Shown: positions 37,830 to 50,239 of the stretch, in pieces
How the letters are laid out: each line of letters begins with the position of its first letter
Position numbering within the stretch: the first letter of the stretch is position 1
Assembly: GCF_963921235.1 (NCBI RefSeq)
Contig: NC_086097.1
Coordinates: 84,012,001-84,076,000 of the forward strand
Source: Mobula hypostoma
Taxonomy: Eukaryota
Direction: 5' to 3'
DNA length: 64,000 nucleotides
Made by a program: the position numbers and the translations under genes
The notes under the pieces: model-generated
Databases searched by the model: none
What the model saw: the letters and a program-made list of their open reading frames with translations, nothing else
What the model was told of the DNA's origin: nothing

Positions 37830-40020
37830 ATGGAATTTGTTTTGCGGCAGCAGTACAGTGCAAATACAGTTACTATAAATTACAAATAAAAGTGTTTAAA
37901 AAAGGATTAATAAGGTAGTAGTCATAGATTGTTCAGAAATCTGATGGTGGAAGGTTAGAAGCCATTTTCAAAGAGTTGCGTATGGGTCTTCAGCCTCCTT
38001 TACCACCTCCCTGATGATAATAATGAGAAGGAGGCATGTCCTGGATGGTGATGGTTCTTATTGATGGATGGCACCTTCCTGAGGAGCTTGCTTCTTGAAG
38101 ATGTCCTCTACGGTGCGGAGGGTTGTGCTTGTGATGTGAAGGAGCTGGCTGAGTCTACATCCCTCTGCGGCCTCTTGTGATAATGTGCATTGGAGTCTCC
38201 ATGTATGGCTTTGACATAACCAGTCAATGCTCTCAGCCATACTTCTGTAGAAATTTGGCAGAGTATTTGGTGATGCACAAAATGTTCTCTCACTCTTAAA
38301 TGAAGTAGAACCACTGGAATGCCCTGTTCATGATTGCATCAATGTTTTGGGCCCAAGACAGATCATCTTAGATGTTGACACTTAGGAACTTAAAAGCTGC
38401 TCATCCTTTCCACTGCTTGACCCCTCAACGAGGACTGGTGTGTGTACTCATGACTTCTCCTTCTTGAAGTCCGCAATCCATTCCTTGGTTTTGCTGGCAT
38501 TGAATGCAATGTTGTTTTTGCGACACCAGTCAATCAGCTGATCTATCTCACTTCTGTACACTTGCCTCATTGCTGTCTGAGACTTTTACCAACAAGAGTG
38601 GCATCATTGACAACTCTATAGACAGATTTTGAGCTGTGCTTAGCCATACAATCACGAGTGGGGAGAGAGTAAAGGCCAATTTATACTTCTGCATCGAATC
38701 TACGCCGTAGGTATGGCGTAGCCTGATGCACACCTCCCCAAAAATGTAACTACGCATTGTGGCGACACAGACTGCAACAACTGTGATTGGTCTGCTTGGT
38801 AGCATCGCATTTCCTCCTACACATTTCTGGTTACTTCCACCTGAAGTTAAAACTCAAATGGTGATTGCAGTCTCTGAGTAAGTCTATAGGCATAGTGTGC
38901 ATACACTGATGCGAAATAAATGGTTGGAGATGATGAACCAAATCGTCAAATCTACCTTCCGTCATCCAAAAATATTTGAAATGCATTTCCTCGTCCATGT
39001 CTCTCAGTGGCCGGACAAGCACAGAAAATTCACCCTCCCTCTGCCTCAATCCGTTAATGGTCGTACACACCATCTTCTCTCTCTTCTGCGTTGCAGTAAT
39101 TTCAATAAAAGTAACTCATGTTCGACGTTTATTAGCTCCAACTCCAACATGATGTGCTCAGTTTCTGCCGCCATTGTTTGAAATACACAAGGAAACTCAA
39201 CACGAAGAAACTCAACACAGTGACATAGAAACCCCACCACTAACTAGCATTTTGGCGGTGAATTGCAGAGGGACGCAGACACACCAATGCACAAGTATAA
39301 ATGCTCACAATGGCGTAGGCCGCAGCGTAGAGCCTACGCAGAAGTATAAATCAACCTTAAAGCAATGAGCTAGCACACATCCTTAAGGAGTGCCTTTATT
39401 TGTCAGTGAGGAGGAGATGTTAATCACCAATCCGTACTGACTGTGGTCTGCCAATGAAGAAATCAAGGATTGAGTTGCAAAGGGAGGCAACAAGGCCCAG
39501 GTGTAGAAGTTTTGTGACTAATACCTAGGGGATGATGGCATAAAACACTGAATTGTAATCAATAAACAGCAGTCTGATGTATGTTTTACTGTTGTCTAGA
39601 TGCTCCAAAGCAGAGTGGAGAACCAGTGAGATTATGTCCACTGTAGATCTGCTGCAACAGGTCCAGGTACTTGCTCAGGCAGGAGTTGATTATGGTTAGA
39701 ATTAACCTCTTGAAGTACTTTATTATGATAGATGTGAGTGCTGCAGGGGGATAGTTGTTCAGGCAGCTCACCCTGCTCTTCTCAGACAGTGGTATCGTTT
39801 TGCATCTTTGAAATAATTAGGAGCCTCAGACCATATCAGTGAGAGGTTAAAGATGTCAATGAACACTGCCGTCAGTAGATTGGAACAGGTTTACAGTACC
39901 CGGCCTGGTGCTCTGTTGGGGGCCTTGCACCTTATAAGGTTTCATCCTCTTGAAGGATGTTATGATATTGGCCTGGAGGAAGAGTTCACAAGGTCATCAG
40001 ATTTTGTGGGGATTGTGCAG
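37830..40020 (-). mobile_element. Degenerate Rex1/Babar LINE split by a Harbinger element
   Basis: SCLNNYPPAALTSIIIKYFKRL motif; colinear similarity to 46348-47128. Confidence 0.7.
38673..39357 (-). mobile_element. PIF/Harbinger DNA transposon, internally deleted (685 bp)
   Basis: TAA TSD (38670-72, 39358-60). TIRs AGGCCAATTTATACTTCTGC and AGGTTGATTTATACTTCTGC match at 17/20. Transposase N-terminal remnant RRWCVRP...GEFSVLV...HFKYFWMTEGRFDDLVHHL. Confidence 0.88.
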
Positions 40021-40188
40021 TGTTGAAGACTTTGCCTTCATCTTTGATTTGATGTTTTAACTCAGTTTCTTTTCCCACAGATGCAGTCTGATCTGTGCAT
40101 TAATTGTGTTTTCTGTTTTTATTCTACAGTCTCTGCATCTGCAGTTTTGTTTTAAATTTCACCTACAAATATATTGTTCTATCCTCAG

Positions 40189-40259
40189 GAGTTTGAAGAT
40201 TACAGAGATGCAGAGGATGCTGTTTATGAACTAGATGGAAAAGAGTTGTGCAATGAAAG
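40189..40259 (+). CDS. SRSF5: SRSF5-like coding exon 2 (RRM1)
   Basis: EFEDYRDAEDAVYELDGKELCNE(R); CAG acceptor, GTAATA donor; 71 nt, phase consistent. Confidence 0.96.
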
Positions 40260-40351
40260 GTAATAACTCCAGTCTCATTATCTAATCCATATAAGGGTGA
40301 TGCTTATTCTGTAATGTTGCTAGCTACAAATTAAGCATTTTGTGTATGCAG

Positions 40352-40444
40352 AGTGACAGTTGAACATGCCAGAGCACGTAATAGAGGAGGACGAGGACGA
40401 TATCAAGGTTTTTTTAGCCAAAGCTATCAATATAGTTCTGGAAG
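40352..40444 (+). CDS. SRSF5: SRSF5-like coding exon 3 (RRM1 end, RGG linker)
   Basis: VTVEHARARNRGGRGRYQGFFSQSYQYSSG(R); CAG acceptor, GTATGC donor; follows a 92-nt intron. Confidence 0.95.
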
Positions 40445-40558
40445 GTATGCTTATTTTCCTGTTTTTTTTCTTAATTGGAAATGCAATATTTTGAATGGAA
40501 ACAGTATAAAATTGGATAATAAATCCAACTCATTACATTAAACAAATCCAGACACTTC

Positions 40559-41446
40559 TTCCTTTTCAAATCTTTTTATTATTATTATCCAAAATTAACA
40601 AGAGTACATCGAAATAGGCAACACTTACAATGTCTCAAGAAAAAAAAGTATTGTATTAAAGATTGGAAAAATTTTGGTGAAAAAAAAAGAGAAAATAAAT
40701 CCCTACTAAAGCAAAGTAAAGTAAGGAAAAAAAACCCATTAGGTGTTCAACCCCGGAGCCATGCGTCATACAAAAAGCTTCCAAAGATAAACATCAAACC
40801 GCCAGCAAGAAAAAAAATGTACCAAAAATTAACAATTAGATCGTGGAGGAAATCTTTCAATTAACTCAAATGAAAGTAACGAGCAAATGAACCCCATCTT
40901 TTTTCAAAATCAAACATAGGTTCAAAGGTTTGACTTTTAATTTTCTCCAAACTAAGACATAGCATCACTTGAGAGAACCATTGTGACAAAATGGGAGCCG
41001 ATGTATCCTTCCACTTCAACAAAATGGCCCTCCTAGTTATTAATGTAACAAATGCAATAGCATGTTGGTCAGTCAGAGATGCCGCGGATATTTTGAGGAA
41101 TTAATCCCAAAAGCACAGTTAATTTGTTAGGTTGTAAATTAATTTTAAGTACTTTAGAAATTGTAGAAAAAACTGACTTCCAGAGCTGTTCCAGTATAGA
41201 CAAGACCAAAACATGTACGTCAGTGTAGCTGTCTCAGTTTTACATCTATCGCAATTACTATCAACATTAGGAAACATTTTAGACAATCTCTCCTTCGTCA
41301 AATAGTAACGATGTACAATTTAAAATTGAATCAGTGAATGACTAGCACAGATCAAAGAAGAGTTAACCAGCTTCAGAATCCGCATCCAGTCCTCCGTCAT
41401 AAAAGTCAAATTAAGTTCCTTTTCCCAATCTTATTTAATCTTAAAT
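40559..41446 (-). mobile_element. 5'-truncated L1-clade LINE in intron 4
   Basis: Perfect 17-bp TSD ACAAATCCAGACACTTC (40542-58, 41447-63); ORF2 C-terminal Cys motif CDRCKTETATLTYMFWSC; AATAAA/A-rich 3' end. Confidence 0.9.
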
Positions 41447-42155
41447 ACAAATCCAGACACTTCATATGACAAGCTGATCAATCTACCAGAATTTAAAGAA
41501 AGTAAGCTTGTATGCTATTTACAAATGCTGAAACCTTTTATTGTCTGATGTTTATATTAAGTCCCTGTTAATTTGTCTGTTAGTTAAGTAGAGATGTTGT
41601 TTGCCATAAATAGTTGACTTAGTGTGGTGCTGAGCCTTTGGAACTGAAAGGTCATGAACTTCTGCTTTTAGCACTTTGGGCCATTATCTTGAAAACCTCA
41701 GGGATAGGAGCATAAAAATGTTTTTTTTTATTGAAATGACTTATAGAAACTCCATAATGATTGAAGACCTAAGTAACTGCTGCCTAGTTAGTAAGTATAC
41801 TGATGGCATTCAATTTACAGACCCTCAATTGGGTAAGATTATTTAAATAGACCAACCAATGTTTGGATATTGTCATCACCCGTGATCTCAGCCTTTGTAT
41901 TGTGGGAAGAGAAAGTTGGTCAATGTTCTTAAAGTAAACCTTGGACTTATAAAATCTACATTAATCTACAGAAAATAAGAACTACTTTTGAGTTATTAAT
42001 GTTCTTAAAATGATTAATGATTTTAAAGTGGAAATTGCAGAGAAGCAGAGAGTTTTGTTTTTCCCATCAACATGTCTTTCCTGACCTACCTATATCCACA
42101 AAAGACTACCTGTTGATATCTTAAAGTACAGAGGATAACATATTATCCATTTTAG

Positions 42156-42225
42156 AAGTGGACCGCCAGTTCGCACTGAAAACAGAGTTATTGTTGAGAA
42201 TCTATCTTCCAGAGTTAGCTGGCAG
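42156..42225 (+). CDS. SRSF5: SRSF5-like coding exon 4 (RRM2 start)
   Basis: [26 protein letters not shown] acceptor, GTATGT donor. Confidence 0.97.
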
Positions 42226-43688
42226 GTATGTTGCATGTAATATCTAATTATATATGACTCATGTTTTCTGTAATTATTAAACCAGTTGAAAAAGAAATGG
42301 AATGAAGCTAGCACTATTTAATTGTAAAAGCAGAGGTTTTAAGATGAGAGTCATTTTACCGTGCAGGACACAGTGTAATATTGTCTCTGCCAGATTTCTG
42401 ACAAATCGTCTCAAGTGTTACTTTCAAACAACACCTGTTGACAGTTCTAACTGAATTTAAAGCAATGTTAATAAATAATTGTTCACTGCATATATCAGAG
42501 AAATATGGTGTAGGAGAACAAAAAGTTGATCTTAACATTTGGCATTATATATGTAGCATAGTTCCTTCCAAGAAAGCTACTGACTTGCAGTTGAAGCGTC
42601 GTATGTAACCGTAATAGAATGGTACAATAAATAGCTTAAGCTGCTACCATTCCTAAACTGGATTAGCAGTTTCTGTATTTATAAAGATACCAATTTTCAT
42701 CAAATTAATATATGAACACTCTGAAAGGTCCACATTAAATATGTAACCTTTTTATTGTGAAAACGACTCTTAATTGAAAACAACCTGTCATCAACAGTTG
42801 ACTGATAAAGGTTGTAATTTTTCAAAGTGTTTCTATTTTCTATACACGGCGCTACACCCAATCCCAAAGTCTAAGTTTGAGTTGGTGCATTAACTTCATT
42901 TTTTTCGCTATGAGGTCAATTTTTTTTTAAAGCAGTGAGGCTGACTTTTAAGTTGCTTAGAGACCTGTGATGATTTTGGAATTAGTCCATTGTTGAATTC
43001 TTTTCCATCTTAAACATTTAACAAAAACAATCTTGAGGGGCCCAAAGGCTTTTTAAAGAATGTATTCTGATTTTGATCAAGATAAATGGATAGCTGATCT
43101 AGATTAATTTGGATGATGTTTGACAGTGTATGCTGCTAAACTGGAGTAGAGAAAAAAAACGAAGCCAAATGTCCTGGTTAACAATATTATTGGAAGGTGA
43201 AAGATTAAGTGGTTTGCTTTTTGAGATTTCTAGACCTCATAGCACAGTTGCTTGCTGACACTTGTGTAAACTTGCACAATGGTTAATTGGAGAATGTACT
43301 GGGAGATCCAGTACTTCTGAAGGGAAAATTTGGGTTAGGTAATTAAGTTCAGTATCATGGAGGGAAGCTGAAACTTCTAATTATTTTTGTCATGTAATTT
43401 ATTTTGTGCTATAACTAGCATTGCCACTCTGTGCATTTTTTGTTGCCCAATTGACCTCTTTGCAAGAAAGAGAAGGCATTCCATATAGAACAGATGTGAA
43501 CTGTATTTAAGAATGGATTCTCCTTTTAGTTGCTGTTCCAAATTAAGTGCTGTACCTATTATCATGATTAGTTTAAATTCTTTAAATACAAATAACTTTT
43601 GTTTGCCTACTAACCTTGAAACTAAAATGTGTTCACTCAGATTTTGATTTAAGAAATTTAACCAAGTGTTAAAACCTTTATTTACCAG

Positions 43689-44220
43689 CCTTTCGTGTCG
43701 TTGGCCTTGTGACGTGGAGTGCCGTTGGTTTTCCTAATCGCTGTGCCTTGGTCTCTTGGGCCTAGTTGAAATGCCAATCTGCTCCTACCTTTGTCAATTG
43801 CTGATCTAAATCTGTGTTGTGGTGGCCTGACCAACACTGGTGGGCACTAAGTTTAGTGCCATTACCTTGCTGCATCCCTGAAACTGATAACAGTGTGTCC
43901 TAAAGTCGCGAGTTCTGAGAGCCTGCTGTAAAATGCGAGGTCCTTGATTGGGAGAAATTCGCTGGTAGGGTTGTTTGGAAGCTCGATTGGAGTAAGGCAA
44001 GAAGTCCGTGGTCACAGCACAAGAGTAGCAATCCTGGTTCCTATGGCAATGCCACAGTCTGCCTTTAAGGGAGGGTGATGACCGGGAAGGCTTCCATCGA
44101 ATGGGTAGTGTCAGTCAAGCGGGTGGTGAAGAGAACCGTCTGGTCTTCGGTCGTGGTGGTGCCTCTGCGAACACTTGTTACATTTGGCTGGTTGAATAGC
44201 CTAGGGAATTTTACAGGAAG
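43689..44220 (+). other. SRSF5: Putative poison (premature-stop, NMD-inducing) exon / conserved block in intron 5
   Basis: Acceptor TTTATTTACCAG|CCT, then in-frame PFVSLAL* (TGA 43710-12); candidate donor AAG|GTAATA at 44221. It sits in the intron between SWQ and DLKD, where SRSF4/5/6 poison exons are known. Confidence 0.75.
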
Positions 44221-44339
44221 GTAATACATATTTTGTAATTGGATGTCTTTTTGCTTGCTTTTTCAGTGGTATACATTGGAAATAGAGACATTTTGTGTGA
44301 ATATGCTTTGATTTGTCTAACTACTTTTCTCTTGCATAG

Positions 44340-44413
44340 GATCTGAAAGATTTTATGAGGCAGGCTGGAGAAGTTACCTTTGCAGATGCACACAGGCACA
44401 AGATGAACGAAGG
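44340..44413 (+). CDS. SRSF5: SRSF5-like coding exon 5 (RRM2)
   Basis: DLKDFMRQAGEVTFADAHRHKMNE(G) completes the SWQDLKD signature; branch CTAAC, pyrimidine tract, TAG acceptor, GTGAGT donor. Confidence 0.97.
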
Positions 44414-45841
44414 GTGAGTTAACAATAGTTTGATATTGTTTTAGCTTATTGAGCTAGCTTGGCTTTTTTATAAATGCAGCAGGAGGCAAGAACTAAAAGA
44501 TTTGCTCTAATGCTGCTGTGAGAAACTGGTTTGTAATTCTATATCGACATCTACTGGTCTACATTTCACTGTAAATGGACCTAAAACTAGAGTTACAGAA
44601 TGATTTAAGTGGTTTTAAATAAATGACTGGGTTGTCATATTTTCTTATCATGCTTGTAAGAAAATCTTAACGTTTACACTGTTTACTGCTATCTTGGGCA
44701 TTCGGAATAGTCTTGCACTTTCCGCAGAACTAAAATATCAAGCATAGAGTATTAAAACATAAAGGAATTAATAGCTCAGTTAGCCTGACAATACTGGAAT
44801 CTATTATTGAAGAGAAACAAGGTACTTGGAAAATAACAATAGGATTGTGCAAGGTTATGAAAGGGAGCTCATGCTTGATAAATCTATTGAATTTTCTTTA
44901 TTGTAGCTAGCTTAAAAGTGTCAATCAGTTAATGTTGTGCATTCAAATTTAAAAAGCTTTGCAATAGATTACTGAACAAAGTGCTGGTGTTGGGAATCAA
45001 TCTTATAGTAGTGTGGATTGAGAATGTTAAAAGATAAAACAGGAATAAAATTTGTTATTTTTGAGTTAGAATTTTGTTACTAACTGGGTGACACAGGGAG
45101 TGATCCTTTGGCTGTAAGTGCACTAATATCAATGGTGTGATAAGAGTATCATATCCAACTATGAAACAAAACCAGATGGTGATGTGGGCTGTGAGCACGA
45201 TAGAGAGGGACTTCAGGGGATGGCGACAAAATAAATGGAAAATAGAATATGCATAAGCAAAATGTGAAGTCATCAACTTGGTAGAAAAAATAGTGAGACT
45301 TTTTTTAAAATCCTGAAGAATTGAAGGTTGGTGTTCAAATGGATTTGGGTGTTCAAATCACAAAGTTAATATGCAGTTTCAGCAAGTAAGTAGGAAGATA
45401 TGCAGTATTTTGGCATTTCATACGGATTTCTCTGCAAGAATAAAGACTTCCTTGCTGAAGCTGTGGTGCTACACAAAGAAGAATATATTGCAGTAGGGAG
45501 TGCAGCAAAGATTTACCAGATTGACTCGGGTGAGGAGAGTACTTGATACTGGACTAATATTTTATACAGTTTCACAACATTCTTAAATGTTTGGCAGGAT
45601 AAATGCAGCTGAGGACCCTGTCAGTTATGGTCAAAAGGAAGTCATAGTTAAGAAAAAAATGTCTGAAGCACTGGTGTGGAAGATTCTGTTGTTGGGGCAA
45701 GTAATCATAAAGAACGAGAAAATGAGAGCAGGATGGGAGATTTTATTCAAGATAACTGGGCTTGCATTCAATGTCAGCTGTATATCTGTGCCCCTAAGAT
45801 GGAGGTGCTGATGGAAAACTCAAAATAGAGAAAGGATATAA

Positions 45842-46110
45842 TGCAACACACACAAAATGCTGGTGGAACGCAGCAGGCCGGGCAGCATCTATAGGAAGAA
45901 GTGCAGTCGATGTTTTGGGCCAAGACTCTTCGTCAGGACTAACTGAAAGAGGAGATAGTAAGAGATTTGAAAGTGGAAGGGAGAGGGGGAGATCCAAAAT
46001 GATAGGAGAAGACAGGAGGGGAGGGATGGAGCTAAGAGCTGGAAAGTTGATTGGCAAAAGGGCTACAAGGCTGGAGAAGGGGGACGATCATGGGACGGGA
46101 GGCCTGGGGA
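45842..46110 (-). mobile_element. Penelope terminal-repeat fragment with a hammerhead-like motif
   Basis: Reverse complement of the Penelope 3' end seen at 55700-55990 and 62255-62350; motif AGTC-CTGACGA-stem-AAAAC-ATC-GACT at 45904-45940. Confidence 0.75.
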
Positions 46111-46347
46111 TATAATGCAGTTTTTTCCCCTTCTGGTTGGATCAAAGAAGGCTCACTTTCTCAGAAAAAAAATGCCAGGTATGAGGTGGAAATGAGAAGA
46201 AAATTCTTTGCCTAGATGGTAGTGAACCTGCACCCAAGAGAGATGTTAGAGCTTGTTAAGTATATTTGAGATGAATTGAAAGGTTTTGGAAATTAAGGGA
46301 ATCCAGGGATGTGGGATAAATGCAAGAAAGTGGTGCTGAGATGATCA

Positions 46348-47128
46348 GAATCAGGTTTATTATCACCGGCATGTGACGTGAAATTTGTTACCTTAGCAGC
46401 AGCAGTTCAATGCAATACATAATCTAGCAGAGAGAGAGAAAAAATAATAATAAATAAAATAAAACAATAATAAATAAAAAAATAAATCAATTACCTATAT
46501 TGAATAGACTTAAAAAATGTGCAAAAACAGAAATACTGTATATTTTTAAAAAAAGTGAGGTAATGTCCAAAGCTTCAAAGTCCATTCAGGAATTAGATGG
46601 CAGAGGGGAAGAAACTGTTCCTGAATCGCTGAGTGAGTGCCTTCGGGCTTCTGTATCTCCTACCTGATGGTAACAGTGAGAAAAGGGCCTGCCCTGGGTG
46701 CTAGAGGTCTTTAATAATGGATGCTGCCTTTCTGAGACACCGTTCCCTAAAGATGTCCTGGGTACTTTGTAGGCTAATGCCCAAGATGGAGCTGACTAGA
46801 TTTACAACCTTCTGTAGCTTCTTTCGGCCCTTTGCAGTAGCCCCTCCATACCAGACAGTGATGCAGCCTGTCAGAATGCTCTCCACGGTACAACTATAGA
46901 AGTTTTTGCGTGTATTTGTTGACACGTCAAATCGCTTCAAACTCCTAATAAAGTATAGCCGCTGTCTTGCCTTCTTTATAACTACATCGATATGTTGGGT
47001 CCAGGTTAGATCCTCAGACATCTTGACACTGAGGAACTTGAAGCTGCTCACTCTCTCCACTTATGATTCCTCTATGAGGATTGTTATATGTTCCTTCGTC
47101 TTGCCCTTCCTGAAGTCCACAATCAGCT
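46348..47128 (-). mobile_element. Rex1/Babar LINE 3' fragment in intron 6
   Basis: ERVSSFKFLSV...KKARQRLYFIRSLK...ESILTGCITVWYG; possible ATCA TSD inside an old CR1 tail. Confidence 0.85.
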
Positions 47129-47260
47129 ATCAACCATTATCTTGTTGAATGGTGGAACAGTCATGGAGACCTTGAATGGTCTACAATTGTTTTTGTTTCC
47201 TATGAAGCCTATTCTATGTGATTACAAATTTAAATATGTGTCGATTTCTTTTTTTTCTAG

Positions 47261-47371
47261 AATTGTGGAGTTTGCCTCCTATAGTGATGTGAAAAATGCT
47301 CTTGAAAAGCTCTCTGGTGCAGAGCTCAATGGAAGAAGGATCAGAGTGATTGAGGAACGTAAACAACGCAG
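47261..47371 (+). CDS. SRSF5: SRSF5-like coding exon 6 (RRM2 end)
   Basis: [36 protein letters not shown](R); T-rich TAG acceptor, GTAATC donor. Confidence 0.96.
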
Positions 47372-48267
47372 GTAATCATAAAACATTTTGAACAAGCTTT
47401 TTATTGATTATCAATCTTAAATACAAATTCTTAAAATTTGTTGAGGAGGTACAAAAGGAGCATCTGCACTTAAGTTCAGATTGGATGCATCTGATAAGAA
47501 AACTAAAGGAAGTTACAAGAGATTGTAACTTCTCAAATATTTGTAGATTTCTGGAATGACATCTGGGGACTTGAGTATGTAAATATTATGCCATTATTGA
47601 AAAGAGGGCACAGAGATGAACTCAATAACTATCCCTGATTATTGTTTCATTAATTTTCTGTGCCTTAGATTAACCTAACCCATTTAGAGATCGAGAAATT
47701 CCAGTTTCTGTCTTGAATATACTCAGTGACTTAAGCTTCCTAGGCCCTCGGATCGGGAACTTCAAAAGTTCTGTGTGGGTGAAAAATTTTTTTTTACTTC
47801 AGTTTGATTTTCTGACTCCTTATTTAAAGCTTGAGACCTTTGGTACTACGCACCTCAGAAAGGAGATACATTATTATTTTAGTCAAGCTCTGAGACTATT
47901 TTGTATAATATAATGAGATCACCTAAACATAAGAATAATTCTAAACAGAAGAATATAGACCGTCTGCTTAATCATAGAATCCCAGGCATCAATGTGGCAA
48001 TTCTTTGTTGCACTTTTCATCAGAAGCATATCCTCCCTTGGAATTAGACCAGCCTTGCTGCATACTCAATGTGCAGTCTTGCCAGGGTGCTTTAAGCGCA
48101 GAAAATCTTCTTGCAGAAAGGCCAATGTATGTGATGCATCTTCATTGCCTGCTATCTCTTAACTAAATGTACATGGGCTCCCTCGGCTGCCAGTATCTTG
48201 ATTTATGGAAATACAACTTTAAGCAAATTTTCCCATACCTACAGAATTTTTCAAACTGGTAATACAT

Positions 48268-48470
48268 TTATTTATTGAGATAGTGTGGAGTAGGCTCTTC
48301 GTGTTCTTTAAGCCATGCCACCCAGCAATCCCCCAATTTGATCCTGGCCTTATCAGGGCACAATTTAAAATGATCAATTAACCTACCAACCGGTACATCT
48401 TTGGACTGTGGGTGGAAACTGGAGCACCTAGAGGCCATGGGGAGAATGTACAAACTCTACAGATGGGCAG
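48268..48470 (-). mobile_element. V-SINE/HE1-like SINE fragment
   Basis: Minus-strand GTTTGTACATTCTCCCCATGG...GTGCTCCAGTTTC core and CAATAAATAAA tail. Confidence 0.6.
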
Positions 48471-48481
48471 GAATAATAAGA

Positions 48482-49827
48482 TACAGTATATAACAGCACA
48501 TTTGGAAAGCAGTGAAATGATCGGACAAAGTCAGCATGGATTTGTGAAAGGAAAATCATGTCTGACGAATCTCATAGAATTTTTTGAGGATGTAACTAGT
48601 AGAGTGGATAGGGGAGAACCAGTGGATGTGGTATATTTGGATTTTCAAAAGGCTTTTGACAAGGTCCCACACAGGAGATTAGTGTGCAAACTTAAAGCAC
48701 ACGGTATTGGGGGTAAGGTATTGGTGTGGGTGGAGAATTGGTTAGCAGACAGGAAGCAAAGAGTGGGAATAAACGGGACTTTTTCAGAATGGCAGGTGGT
48801 GACTAGTGGGGTACCGCAAGGCTCAGTGCTGGGACCCCAGTTGTTTACAATATATATTAATGACTTGGATGAGGGAATTAAATGCAGCATCTCCAAGTTT
48901 GCGGATGACACGAAGCTGGGTGGCAGTGTTAGCACTGAGGAGGATGCTAAGAGGATGCAGGCTGACTTGGATAGGTTGGGTGAGTGGGCAAATTCATGGC
49001 AGATGCAATTTAATGTGGACAAATGTGAAGTTATCCACTTTGGTGGCAAAAATAGGAAAACAGATTATTATCTGAATGGTGGCCGATTAGGAAAAGGGGA
49101 GGTGCAACGAGACCTGGGTGTCATTATACACCAGTCATTGAAAGTGGGCATGCAGGTACAGCAGGCGATGAAAAAGGCGGATGGTATGCTGGCATTTATA
49201 GCGAGAGGATTCGAGTACAGGAGCAGGGACGTACTACTGCAGTTGTACAAGGCCTTGGTGAGACCACACCTGGAGTGTTGTGTGCAATTTTGGTCCCCTA
49301 ATCTGAGGAAAGACATCTTTGCCATAGAGGGAGTACAAGGAAGGTTCACCAGATTGATTCCTGGGATGGCGGGACTTTCATATGAAGAAAGACTGGATGA
49401 ATTGGGCTTGTACTCGTTGGAATTTAGAAGATTGAGGGGGGATCTGATTGAAACGTATAAGATCCTAAAGGGATTGGACAGGCTAGATGCAGGAAGATTG
49501 TTCCCGATGTTGGGGAGGTCCAGAACGAGGGGTCACAGTTTGAGGATAGAGGGGAAGCCTTTTAGGACCGAGATTAGGAAAAACTTCTTCACACAGAGAG
49601 TGGTGAATCTGTGGAATTCTCTGCCACAGGAAACTGTTGAGGCCAGTTCATTGGCTATATTTAAGAGGGAGTTAGATATGGCCCTTGTGGCTACGGGGGT
49701 CAGGGGGTATGGAGGGAAGGCTGGGACGGGGTTCTGAGTTGGATGATCAGCCATGATCATAATAAATGGCGGTGCAGGCTCGAAGGGCCGAATGGCCTAC
49801 TCCTGCACCTATTTTCTATGTTTCTAT
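48482..49827 (+). mobile_element. Young 5'-truncated CR1 LINE with an uninterrupted RT reading frame (intron 7)
   Basis: ORF 48412-49737: QHGFVKGKSCLTNL, YLDFQKAFDKVPH, GVPQGSVLGP, SKFADDTKL, ending in a TTTCTATG tail. Confidence 0.95.
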
Positions 49828-50185
49828 ATTCCACCAGTTAAGTTATGGATAGAGTTGGAGGCTTGAACTAAAGTGTCAATAATATCTTTGCTTGCATTTA
49901 TGCTGCTTGACCCACAGAGTTCTCCAGTAGTTTATTTCTTGCATCTGCAGTCTTTTGTCTCCTAAGGAGATTGGTATATACACAGGCTGCGAAATAGGCA
50001 AACATGGCAGATGAAAGTTCATGCTGAGAAATGTGAAGTGTTACATTTTTAGGAAGAATGAGAGCTCTTAGTGTAATTCAGAGGGCACATTTGTTAAAGG
50101 AGCACAGGAACAGATCAACAGGTGTATATGCATAATGCAATGAAACTACAAGTGCAGGTTGAGAAGAGGTTGAAGAACCATTTGC

Positions 50186-50186
<1 letters not shown>

Positions 50187-50238
<52 letters not shown>
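50187..50238. repeat. (AC)26 microsatellite
   Basis: Perfect dinucleotide run. Confidence 0.97.

Positions 50239-50239
<1 letters not shown>

Noticed and set aside
48412..49737. 441-aa reverse transcriptase ORF as a host gene or retron-like system
   Set aside because: It is a 5'-truncated CR1 ORF2 whose predicted start lies in the flanking SINE; it has the standard CR1 tail.
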